Source: Asterias rubens (Eukaryota). From it: DNA of 64,000 bases. The notes below the pieces were generated by a model. The model searched no databases. It saw nothing but the letters and a program-made list of their open reading frames with translations, and was not told the origin of the DNA. A program made the translations under genes and the position numbers. Positions 1 to 12,800 of the stretch are shown one piece after another. Every line of letters begins with the position of its first letter. Positions within the stretch are counted from its first letter, which is position 1. Location of the stretch: contig NC_047078.1 of assembly GCF_902459465.1 (NCBI RefSeq), positions 12,772,001-12,836,000 of the forward strand, given 5' to 3'.

Positions 1-166
1 CGTAGTAAAAAAAATAAAAAATCAGTGACATCTAGGAATTACAAGGTCATTTGAAATGTGTTACATACATGTAACAATGACAGACATACATGTATGGCCT
101 GGAAAGTAAAGAAAGAATTTCAAAACAATTACAACATATTGTGTTAGTAACTTTCTTGACTCTTAA

Positions 167-463
167 AGGAACAATACAGAATTGGTAAGAAACAAAAATC
201 GTGATTTACATAAAACAGCCTCTAAAATATTTCTGTCTGAAATCTTATTTTTGATGAGAAATAAAAAATCTTATTTTGCCTTTGCCTCAGTGAGCGTTTT
301 ATTCATTTTTGTTTTGGCATCGATGCAATGCAAAATTTGTAATCGGTTTTTCACTATTCTCTCGTGACCCAGATGGCCGATCGATCTCGAACTTCTACAG
401 GTTTGTCAGTTTATACACTGCCAGCAACCTTTTTGCTAGCAAAACTAATTCTGTAATGTTCCT
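167..463. mobile_element. Non-autonomous TTAA-target DNA transposon (Kolobok-like), family K1
   Basis: TIR AGGAACA(A/T)TACAGAATT; TTAA on both sides; sister copy at 51364-51745 in opposite orientation. Confidence 0.75.
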
Positions 464-996
464 TTAAAGATTGTTAGCAATAAATCTGAGATGTTGCTGC
501 AGGTATTTAGGCAATCAAAATGGGAAATAAGTCACGTATGACAATGGACAGACACTTTTGTGACAAAATTCGTAGACATTTGTTGAAAAAAAGTTGGTTC
601 CTTAAATAGCCAGGGAAGAAAATGTCTAAATTTTGGCTGGTAACTATCCCTATTAAAGGGTCTGTAGAGTTTGCATATGGACAACATTGGCCAATATAGT
701 TATTTTTGTGCAACTAACTATCAAATGATAACCAAAATGTCTGTCCTTGTTACATACTTATAAATCTTGAAGACTTATATCCTTCTAATAATAATGAAAA
801 CTTATAAAGTGCACAAAATCCACAGAAGTGCTCATGGCGCTAAAATACAAACAATAGCATTAAATTAATATACAATAACAAACAAAAATAAAATGTAAAC
901 CTAAGTTGAGAGAAATCTAGAACATGTGGTAAAGAATACAATAATACATGCAATATTTAAGAAAACATCCTAAAAGGTAACAAAAAATAACCATAA

Positions 997-1404
997 TTAA
1001 ACCATTGAATCAAATGTCTGTTTGAAAAGATGTGTTTTTAGTTGTTTTTTAAATTGGGTCAAAGAAACGGATGATTTTAAAACTAGTGCAGGCAATTTGT
1101 TCCATAGACGAGGGGCAGCATGTGAGAAAGATCGGTCTCCCCATGAATGTTTGGAAATGGGCTCAATAAGGAGGCTAGAATTATAAGACCGGAGTTTTCG
1201 AGGAGGATTGTATGAGTTGAGAAGATCATCAATATAAGCAGGGGCATTGTTGGTGAGCGATTTATACATGAAAAGCAAAAGTTTATACTTAATCCTACTG
1301 CTTACCGGTAACCAGTGTAATTCTTTTAACTTTTTAGTTAAGGTAATAGCACGAGCAGCAAAGTTTTGAATACGTTGAAGACGTTCAATTTGAGTGAATT
1401 GCAC
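997..1404 (-). mobile_element. 5'-truncated L2-type LINE fragment (ORF2 C-terminus)
   Basis: LHWLPV..RIKYK..., LRS, GDRSFSHAAPRLWNKLP, FKKQLKTHLF. Confidence 0.85.
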
Positions 1405-2486
1405 ATATCCAGTCTAGAAACTAGAAGTTCTAAACTTGAGGTCTCGAAATCAAATTCGTGGAAAATTACTTCTTTCTCGAAAACTATGGCACTTCAGAGG
1501 GAGCCATTTCTCACAATGTTTTATACCATCAACCTCTCCCTATTACTCGTCACCAAGAAAGGTTTTACGCTAATAATTATTTTGAGTAATTACCAATAGT
1601 GTCCACTGCCTTTAAGTTTACAATCTTCCATTCATAAATACCTCAGACAGTTTCGCTATTCCTATTGGTATTTTATTCCCTTATTTAAACAGATGATTTA
1701 GCAGGACTCTGTTGCTTGCTGGATACAGGTTTGATTTGACTCGTTGTTGACAATCACTCCGACAGTGATGTATCAAGCAAGTCAGGAACAACTGTTTTTG
1801 GACCCCCTCAGTTAAATACTAAAAAAGTCATTATGGCTAAGACAAAAGAAATATTTTTGGAGCAATAACTCCAAGAGGACAAGGCATATCAACTCCAAAG
1901 TTGCTTTTCGACTGGTGTTGAGATCCCCCAGACGCCTATTGTTTTGGACCCCCTCAGTTAAATATTATGGTCATTTTGGTTAAAACAAAAGAAATATTGT
2001 CTGAGCAAACAACTCAAGAATGAGATTATTCTCAGCGGGGCATTTGTGTTTGTCAACACTACACCATTCTTGTTTCTCTCTTTTCTGAGCGCTATCGAGG
2101 GTTTGATTTTCGGAGGGGTGTACCTGGGAGGGCACTCAGAATTTTGGGGAGGCCCCCCCCCCTGTCTGTGCCTCTTCAAGTAAAATTATCATATCTTTAA
2201 GATTTATAGAAAGGAGGTTTTTAAAACTGTATAAAATATATCTAGTAATATTCCTTTGCAATACTTGTTGGATGATAAGAATAAGTTTACCATAACGATC
2301 AGACCAGAAGGTGTCCCTTTTATTATAATAAGCTGCAGTATCGAATAAAAAAAATATAATACGTGAATAAGCCACCTTGAATATTAGCCATATCATCAGA
2401 AAGTGCCCTTTTGCATGTCATCTTTATAAAAGACGGGGTTTACAGGTCTGAAGATACTCGGAGGCCATGATTTTCGTTACCTTTAA

Positions 2487-3217
2487 AGTCACCTGGAAAT
2501 AGAATTCTTTTTTTCTTCAAACAGTAGAGTATATGTTTCTGAACAATAAAATAATTTTTTGAGTAATTGTTTTTAATGATTTATTTGTTAAAAAAAAATA
2601 ATAAAGTTGTGTAGGGGGTGACTCCGCCTACCCCTTTTGTGACTTCAATCGAGGCAGACTTTGCCTCGATCGAACATCGAACACACATACGTGCAAGTAC
2701 ATTCAAGTCCTAGTCGACCAGGTGTAATGCTTGCTGCTGGATGCAGCATTCAACTAAAGATGGGGTCAGTTTGCAAAGTGGTCCGGTCCGACGTCTTTTC
2801 CAGCGCTGTGCAGCAAACACTTCGAGCCGTCGTGCTTCGAGAATCTGACATGAAGAGAAAAGTTCTTTTCTAAAACATGACGCCATCCTAACAATTTTTC
2901 CAGCTAGTGCGGAAGTCGAAGAAGGTACCTGAAAGACATAACGAACCTAAAAAAGCATTTGCCTAACGTGAAAAAAAATCAGGTATTGCTTCAACTTTGG
3001 CGGCACTATCTCGTGTTTGCACTGCATGCGATTCATCGCGCCTCGATTGACGTCACGAACAGCGCCCTCTCGGGTCGGGCTTATTTTCAAATTTGTAAAT
3101 AACATGGAAACTTATTATTTTAAACCTTAGTTAATTGTTTATTCATATTCCACTCATCAAAACACATATTTTAGTGACAAAAGCTTTATTTTGACAAAAT
3201 ACCACTTCCAGGTGACT
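2487..3217. mobile_element. Kolobok-like non-autonomous element, 731 bp
   Basis: TIR AGTCACCTGGAA/TTCCAGGTGACT; TTAA on both sides. Confidence 0.8.
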
Positions 3218-3724
3218 TTAATCTTGCTCTTGTTGCACAGTCAAGATTTCCCTATAGACTTGATAGAAATGACCTTGCAAAATGGCAAGCCTTCCCAGAA
3301 ATCCACGTGTGGGTTTTAAACTGCAGTGGGCCAGTCAAAACTCTTCCCTTGTAAAATGAGCTCCTAATCTTCAATTCTGACCTTGGTGTTTTTTGGAGTG
3401 TGTGGACACAAAATATGACCTGTTTGAAGTAGCCTTTAAAACTGAAGGCTGCCTTTAGGTTTCGTCCTGTATGGCAATCAAGGATTTAGGACACATCAGG
3501 TTTTCATACCAAAGCTTGCCCCGAACCAGAAGACATCACAACTATTGATGTAGTTTGAATTTGTTTAACATTTTTTATGTTTCAAACTACAAGTAAATGC
3601 CTAACTTGTGACTATGCAAGTCATTTGTACACTCGAATGTAACTCACGAATGTCGCACTTGAGATACAATGGTAAAAATAAAACCAATGTCACTATAAAC
3701 AGATTGATTATCTTTTTAATACAG

Positions 3725-3818
3725 ATTTGAGCGTCTTAACATCCCTCAACTGAACATTGAAGATAAGTATACAGCTATTCTACAGCATTATGGCACAGAA
3801 CTCGAAGGTATCAAGAAG
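3725..3818 (+). CDS. DNAH5: Dynein HC exon 1
   Basis: acag|a ttt gag... [31 protein letters not shown] |gt. Confidence 0.85.
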
Positions 3819-6800
3819 GTAAAAATTTGTACTCTCAAAGTGTTCGTATTGTTTGAAGCTCTGCTCGTCTGCTCCTGAAGACGAGCGGAGTATACTGTCG
3901 AAAAGTCAAGACCAAACTGCCTCTTTTCAGAACCAACACTCACTCATAAGAGATTTACACGTGGTTGTACCTGCCTGATTTAAAGTTCCTTTTTATCTCA
4001 AAATGTTGACTGTATATTGGGGCAAAACTATTGTTGGAACAGTAAGCACGCTTGCAGGGGTGACTTTATTTGTGGTTGACCTTGCTAGTGTTTGAGATGA
4101 CTGACTTCCAATATTAATGAAGATGTGTCTTGATATGTTACAGCTGTACATGAAGCATAAGGATGATCCACCAATCCCTAGAGATATGCCTCCTGTAGCT
4201 GGGAAGATCTCTTGGGCAAGACAGCTTTTCAGACGTATACAAGAACCAATGGAAATATTCAAGGTAACACCATCTAAATTTAATATCAAATAAACACAGT
4301 ACTACATCTGTGAAGTGTTACAATTACCTCAGTAATTCTTCAACTAATCTGAAGGCATTTTTTATAAGAACCAGTATAGAAGGGTAAGAATAATTGTTTT
4401 TGTTTTTTAGAATATCCATGGCTTGTTGAAAACTCCAGATGCACGTAAGGTAATACGTAACTACAATCGTATGGCTGCTGTACTAATTGAGTTTGAGATA
4501 CTGTACCACAGAGCATGGATGAAACAGGTTGATGCAGTCAAGTCAGGTAAAACAAGGCAGTTCCATAATCATTGGTATAATCTGATTTGTTGTACTTATT
4601 TGGTCAGTTTTATTTCATCATTTTTGTTTAATTCATTTTATCACTCACAGATAAAATACATTATCCGTTGGACACACACAACTGTTGTGGTGCCTCCTTG
4701 GCTAGTTTTGTCATGTTAGGTGGACTTGCTTAACCCTGTCCAGTTGTTCTTTTTATGACCACATCTTTTCCAGGTTTTTACCTGGGTAACCCCATATTAT
4801 TGACAAATTTACCCAGTCAGTTTCCCTTGTGATTTATAACTTGGAATATTCATTTTATGGCCTGACGTTTCGACCCTAGTACAGTCTTTCTCATAGTCTT
4901 TCTTTTAGCCTTGAGAAAAACTCGGCTAGGGTCGAAATGTCAGGCCATTCGGAGGTATTTTTTTGCAGCAATATAATAATGAACACATTTTGTATATGTA
5001 GCACACAACAGAAATGTTTCTCAGATACTTGTAGGTTGAGAGAAGCTTTTTACTGTTTTAATTGTTGGGTTTGGAAAGGGTACCAGCAGTGGCAGAACCC
5101 TGCTATTGATTGCTGTGTGATACCCTATCATAAGTCATGGTTGTCGACAAAATGAAGATTTGATTCCTTGGTAGATATAGGTGCTAGTATTAATGTTTTT
5201 TTGTGTTTTTTTTCCGCAGGCCTACAAGCAACCCTGCTCATCCGTCATCCAGAAACGAAGCAACTCCTTGTCAACTTTGACCCATTGCTATACCAGGTTA
5301 TGCGTGAATCTGAGTGCATGCGTAAACATGATTTGGAGATACCAGAGGCTGCTCATATTATATGCCTAGGACAGGAGCAACTCAAGGAAAACTATAATAC
5401 GCTCAAGGTAAACTACATCTACTACCATCATATTACACCCAAGCAGATCCTTGTCATTTGATTGGAGGATTGTCGGTCACGTGATAGCAAATATAAGTAC
5501 TATTGCACGCTAACGACGTCACTCACCGTGCATTTTTTGTTCCATCCGATAAGTACTATTGCAATTGGTGTGTAAAACAACACTGCATGCGCGTGTCTTT
5601 GGTAATGTAGCAGCAGTGTTAATGCAAGGCACACTCTAAATTCGGCGTCTGCGAGTCTTAAAACATAGTCACTGTTGAATCCAACAGGTCGACCCAAAAT
5701 ACATGGTGTAATTTCACAAATAAAAGTAGTAGGCCTAAGCTTTATTGGAGCATTCCATTTTTCAACTCATGAACATATTCGCACCATTGAACTCATAAAC
5801 ATTCATTATTTGTATATTATTGTAGTATTTGTGTCCTCTTTAAGTATTATAAGAAATGATGAAGCATTTATAAGTGGAGTACAAATTGTCAAACCTGTCG
5901 GGGAAGGGAAGTTTGAATTACAGTCTTCATCAGAATTCCTGTATTAAAAAATAAACATTTTTTTTTACTTTGAACTGATGAATTCGTATTTCACTTGGCT
6001 TTAATGTTTTATTGTTCAAATTATACAAATAATGTAGCAGTTCATCTTCAATTTTAGTTGAGACTTTTTCATAAAGTGAGTAGTGTAACTTGACATAATG
6101 ATATCTTGACATAATGTAATTTTTGTTGCACTTTTTAGTTATTGCTTGACGAGAATGCTGCAGTAAGAGATAAGATCCCAGTGATTTTCCAGCCTTTGAT
6201 GATGGCTCATACGAGGAAGGTAGACCTAGCTATTATACCAGGTCTTACTCTGCTTTGCTGGACATCACTCAACCTACAGAATTACTTCAGGAGTATTAGA
6301 TCTGCCACGCGAGATCTGGACCTCATCATTAAGGAGGTATGTACGGGGAGAATCTTTAAAGTTTCCCCCAGTGCAATGATTAAACTTTACACGAAGGCAA
6401 CGATGCAGAGTGGCGGCACCACACCTTCTGTACAAAGAGATCTAATCCCGCTTGTTAATCGGCTGTCCAGCTGGAGGTCTCCCATCTTTTTCCACTGGTC
6501 AGACAGGGGCATTGTCAGGGTATTCTTTTGTTACTCTGCGGTTTTGCGGGTTGTTCGGTCTCCTTCTCTTCCTTCCTCCATGCTTCAATAAAAACACTGT
6601 TTGGCAGTCACGCAGCACCAGCCATCAAAAATACAAACCAAAACCCCAGTTCATTTGACAGTTCTCCATACAAGATGAACAACATGCACAGTGTGTGCAT
6701 ACAGAAAAGAAAACAAATTGTTTTGGGAGCTTTTTCATTTGCTAGTTCACATAGCTACTCTTTATACTCTCACATGACCATTCAAATTTCAGTATCTCTC

Positions 6801-9800
6801 CGAAGTATCGATTAATTTAAGTTAAAACTTTTCAAAAGTTAACTTAATAAAACAAATTCAATGCAGGTACCTTTTTAGACAGGTCTGAATTTCTTTCGGT
6901 GTTAATTGCATACAGGTGAATGACATCCGAGAGGCCAGGATTGACTCCCTCTTAGATGAGATAGGTGATACAATGCTGTGTGATCTACCTAGTGATAAAC
7001 CATGGAATGTAGACCAGTTCACCACTAAAACACAGGTATTTACAAAGTGCATCACTTTAACTGTTGAAAACCATTCACTTCTTTATACATTTTTTCATTA
7101 AGCAAAAATACTAGCTAAGAATCTACAATCCCGGCCATATCTCGTTGGGCCCCCCTGCCCCCTTTCAATGTTGGTTCCAATTGCTGATTGTGTTCTGAGT
7201 TGTGTTCTGAGTTACAGTCAACATTGAGCGGGGGGCGGGGGACAAATGTTTTGAATGTGAATGGGAAGTGCACAGGGAATCGTTGTATACAACGTTAGGA
7301 AAGGGTGGCCTAAGCATTTTGGCCGGGATTGTAGAAGCAACGGAATGAAGACAACTTATCGTTTGACGGTTTACTTTATGACTTTTATTACAACTTGTTG
7401 AACGTCATAGAAAATAATTTGTATTCATTTTATATTTATAATTTGGAGTCTGTTATGATAGTGCTGTGCCGTGGCCAAGACCAGACTCGAGTTCTGGTTT
7501 TTGTGATCAGCGGAAAATCATCAGCCTCAAATCACAAAGATATGGGTAAATTTGTCTATATGTGTTTTGGTTTTTATTTCAATCTTGTTGGAAATATGTT
7601 TTCGTTGGTAAATCCTGTAAATATTTTTCCGTAGACAAAAGCAGAAAGCAACTAAATGAATTTCGCGGAATGTAACCCCCAACCCCCCCCCCTCTAAAAT
7701 TTGACAAATCCAAGAGGCAATGTGAATGATATTTATCAGTATAACTTGTTAAATTTTGTAGTACATACTTGATATTCATAACAGTTTTTCACAGTGTTTC
7801 TCTACTCTAAGCTGCATTTAGAATAATTGTTTAGTTCTTAGCACAAACATCAACTTCACACACTGTCTCATGCTTCCCTTTTTACATACCTATGGATACT
7901 ACATTATTGACTTCAAGGTTCATCTATTTTCAACAGTATCAAAAGAAAAAAACGACTGTCACTCAACGGAGATAAGAACAAAGAACACAACATTTTAGAA
8001 GTAGAGCTTGTTGACAATATTCCCTAAAGACATGAGTTTACATTGATACAGAGAATACACACTAAGTGAACCAAGGAGGTCCACGGTTGATTTGATCCTC
8101 TAAGGAAGAATATGTAATCAGTGTTCTCCACACACGTAAATTGGGAGGGCGGGCCGCCCTCATAAAATTTAGGCCGCCCTGCCAAAGAATTGGCCGCCCT
8201 GCTAAAATTATTGGCCGCCCTGCCCAAAAAAGGACAAAGAGACTATTTTTAGAGTGCATTTAATAAGATCAAACGAGTACCTGACAAGCCAGAGCCAACT
8301 TCAAAATTATAGCATCAGAAATGCGATCGTAAACAAACGTTAATACACGATGTACATGTACACATGGTCAACATGGTTCGTATTTATATGCAGAGTGCAT
8401 CAACCAACCATGCACACACACCATGCACACACACCTCGCACACCGTCGACGATGGGATTGGAATACCCACTACATGTATAGTGCATGAACAGTCCTCACG
8501 CTGTAATTGGCCATTGATAGTCTCCAACACAATACGCACATTCACAAACTGAGAAAGAGTTACCTCACAGTGCCGCACGCATGTACAGAATGGTACAATG
8601 TACAGCCTCGAAGCATGTTCAAACATGTCGACTTTCGCCCATTGAGGGCGTGCGCAATGCGGGGCAAAATTCATTGATAAATAAATTGTTCGGTGCGTTA
8701 CCGATCGTTGAATCTCGATTATTTTATTACAAACGAAGTTCTTAACGACGGAACCGCTAATCGCTAATTCATGGAAATGGTTTTGGATGGAAAAAGTATT
8801 ATTTAGGGCCATAATTTGGGGATAATATTGTCAAAAAAAGTTGGTTTTTTTTCTTTCTTTTTTCATTTTTAAAATTGCACACGAAGACCGTCCGATCATG
8901 GTCCGATCACCCGCTTTTAAAATCCGACGTGCGGCATGCCGATCATCCCTTTGAGGTTATTGGCGCGGCGCACAAAGCAAAATGTATAACAAATTGTAGT
9001 TTTGATTTAGTTTTTAAAAATAATAAGGTTGTTCCAACTGAAATGGATGCCCATCAATAGGATAGGTAGCGTCGTCGTAATACATTATTTTAAGAAAATG
9101 TTTTTTTCAAGCATTTGTTGATTTCACGTCCGCTGACGTCATATCAAAATGAGCGCCATTTTGATTACGTCATACTGACGGGCGCCATTTTGATTACGTC
9201 ATGCCGCCCTCCTAAAAAAAAAGTCTGTGGAGATTACTGGTAATAATAGTGGTCAATGCAAAAGCACGTACTCCAAAAACAAATAGTAGAATGTATGTAT
9301 GCAATGGATCAAACTTCCAAAATGGCAGAAAAGGTAAACACATTGTGCGGAAATGGTGTAGGCTCCCATCAGGCGTAGGTGTGGTCTGCGTCTTGCAAGG
9401 GGTTACAAAAACATCATGTAGGATTACGTAGGTGTGGTCTGCGTCTTGCAAGGGGTTACAAAAACATCATGTATGATTACGTAGGTGTGGTCTGCGTCTT
9501 GCAAGGGGTTACAAAAACATCATGTATGATTACGTAGGTGTGGTCTGCGTCTTGCAAGGGGTTACAAAAACATCATGTATGATTACGTAGGTGTGGTCTG
9601 CGTCTTGCAAGGGGTTACAAAAACATCATGTAGGATTATTATTCAATGGTTGATTAACAATCTATTTAATTCGCTGCCAACAGCAGAATAACATCAACAA
9701 TTACTTAATTAAAAAACTGGAGTAAAACATTACATTTATAATTACAATGGCCCATTAAATCTATTACACACACAAATACGGAGATGTTACACTGACTTCA

Positions 9801-12800
9801 CAATTCAGGGCTCGAATTTACATTGGATGGCAGGCTGGAGGCCAGCAATTTACATTGGATGGCAGGCTGGAGGCCAGCAATTTACATTGGATGGCAGGCT
9901 GGAGGCCAGCAATTTACATTGGATAGCGGCTGGAGGCCAGCAATTTACATTGGATGGCAGGCTGGAGGCCAGCAATTTACATTGGATGGCAGGCTGGAGG
10001 CCAGCAATTTACATTGGATGGCAGGCTGGAGGCCAGCAATTTACATTGGATGGCAGGCTGGAGGCCAGCAATTTACATTGGATGGCAGGCTGGAGGCCAG
10101 CAATTTACATTGGATGGCAGGCTGGAGGCCAGCAATTTACATTGGATGGCAGGCTGGAGGCCAGCAATTTACATTGGATGGCAGGCTGGAGGCCAGCAAT
10201 TTACATTGGATGGCAGGCTGGAGGCCAGCAATTTACATTGGATGACAGGCTGGAGGCCAGCAATTTACATTGGATGGCGGGCTGGAGGCCAGCAATTTAC
10301 ATTGGATGGCAGGCTGGAGGCCAGCAATTTACATTGGATGGCAGGCTGGAGGCCAGCAATTTTTTGGGTTGGGCAAGACAGGCGGTCTTGTGACTTCATT
10401 TAATTAACCCTAACCCTTCATCAAATTGAAAAATCTAAACTTACATATATAAGAATGAGATATGCTTGTTCCATTAAAAACAATTTATTTGTTTAACTGT
10501 TATTCAACCAATTTCTCCTTTGATTCTGTTTCTGTAAATATTAATACTGGTCCAGTAAAGGTTTTGACCTACAAGCCTTACTTTCTTGTGTTCCTCCTAG
10601 ATTCGAGCCCTGCCTTTGCCTTTTATGTGAAATCTGGAATTGCTTGATGACCTTTTTTATGAAAGGTTAATATTTCAGTTTTAGGCTTTTTTTCATGTTG
10701 TGTTTTGTTGGCTATTAGTACTACTCATGGCACGAACAGTATTGCCTAATATTTTGAAGAAAGCTTTGTGTTGTTTTTCTAAATTCCTTGTTTCTTACAT
10801 AATAAATCATCACATTAAGCCAGCTCACAGATGCCAGGAGAACTTTTGTCATATTGACAATGATCCAAGGTGGTTGAATATTGGCTGAAACCATGATGGA
10901 GATAATACTAAACGGAATATAACCAATTATTAGCAATGATGTTATGATGAAGATTGTTGTGAAGGAACGTCTGCTAGGTGTCAGTGGTTTCTCTGCTATG
11001 GGATTCTGTTGTGCTGCAATGCGGACAGCATGCTTGCTTGCTACTTTAAGAATTTTAATGTACATAGCAATAAATACCACAAACATGAGAATTCCACTTG
11101 TAAAAGTCAAAAGATATGTAGTTAAATTGTTTTCTCCAATCAGACATATTTGGAGGATTGGATTGAATAGAGTATGGTTGAGTTCCAGTAGTAAAAAGCT
11201 GAATGCATAAAGAGTAGTCAGTACTGCTATACTGAATGTGATGATCTTGGCTCTCCATCCTGTCACCCAAGAAACATATCTTAATGGATGTACTACAGCC
11301 GTGTAACGATCAAATGTTATCAAAACAGCTGACATCATGTTCATAAGTAAACCTTGTTTGATAACCAATGCTTGGACGTAACAAAATGCTCCAAATGGCC
11401 AGGTACCACCAGTAATAGCGACGCCTATCATTGGAAGGCAGTAAAAGACTCCAAGGTTAAAGTCATTAATGGTCATACATGTTAAGAACACCTTAGTAGA
11501 CTCATTGATGCCCTTGACTTTCGGAAGTATTATCAGACATACTGCATTTAGAAGCAATACAAGTAATGTTGTAATTGTCCAAATACCGGCGTTGATTACT
11601 TTCACCACTATATACACATCACTTTCTGTGTTGTTCATCTTGAGTAGAGTAAGACACACTCTGATGCTGCATTTCCAATCTTGTTTTCCCAAATCAGTTG
11701 CATTGCCTTGCCTCAGAACTTCATATAAATCAAGTTGTATTCCAATGTCCAGTCAAACCAATGCCTCCTATTCACCAAAATGATTGCGATGCCTGTCCCA
11801 CCTTGGCATCCAAGCAATAAAGTCCAAAAACTGACTGTTTAGTAGAAAGGTATGGTTTATTAAGATTTATCACGAGGGTCTATCCAAAGGTTGATAATTA
11901 CCTAACAGTGATTTTCCTTGAGCAGCGAGTTATTAAAGCCGTGTCCGAATTAGTGGCCACAGCTACGGCTACGGCTAGATTTCCGCGTCGTCCTCCGCTT
12001 TAGTAATTAGATGTCTTTTGTGAATAAGAAAATACAGTCCAAAAAGATCAACATTGGTTTAATTCTAATCAAAACTGATGCTTATGAAAATGGAAAGGGA
12101 CATTTGGATCGGGCGAATTGGTCTATGAAAAGTGCATGAAATCTTTTATTTTATTTTAATAAATGCAAAGGGTTAGAAAGATGTGTTAAAAGTAGAATAT
12201 AATGATCCACACAAATATGCCTCGGAATCGCACGGTTTACCTTTTACCCAACCTGTTATTAATGTTACATGGGTGTTTGGTTTGGGCTCAATGGATGTAC
12301 CTGTTTGGGACTTGCGCATAGGCCTATAGCTTTGGAACATGTATATATTATTGCCGGTTTTACAACGTCTGTGGAAACAATAAACCTTAAACCTTACTTT
12401 GCAAACAATATACGGTCTGCCACTTGTACAAACTGTGTCCCTTTAATATAGCCTCATATTATATTGTCTAGTCTATGTCTATACATCCCTGCTCTGTTCT
12501 ATTAGCTATGTCTATACATCCCTGCTCTGTTCTATTAGCAATACTAATTTGGGATGTCAATCAATGACAATCAATGCCAAAGTCATTATCTTGTAATCCT
12601 GCAAGTCAAGTTAGTAAAGCCACGTTGATGTATGATGGACACAATACTGCAACACTTATTAGGTTTAGGTAAATCTGTTCAAATCCACCCCAACCAAACA
12701 GTGCAACCCCATTGTGTTCACCATGGCTAATTGGATTTCATTGAGGTTCTCCCCTTTCAATACCATCAGCTGATTTGAATCTGTGGATTGTCGTGGCAGA

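Noticed and set aside
1-3724. Further upstream dynein exons
   Set aside because: No AG/GT-bounded segment with dynein-like peptide found; the region is accounted for by transposon remnants.
6345-6620. GC-richer stretch after exon 5 giving several 68-149 aa ORFs
   Set aside because: Read-through from exon 5 into the intron; no homology recognised. It may be a worn retroelement fragment but cannot be classified.
8384-8812. 142-aa minus-strand ORF
   Set aside because: No recognisable domain, low-complexity composition, and it lies in a probable repeat interior.
9823-10403. Three overlapping ORFs (140-188 aa) with repeated peptide
   Set aside because: They are translations of the 32-bp minisatellite, whose unit lacks stops in several frames; there is no protein signature.
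11639-11692. 18-aa N-terminal extension of the GPCR in the ORF track
   Set aside because: It starts at TTG; the first ATG (11638) gives a typical short glycosylated N-terminus.
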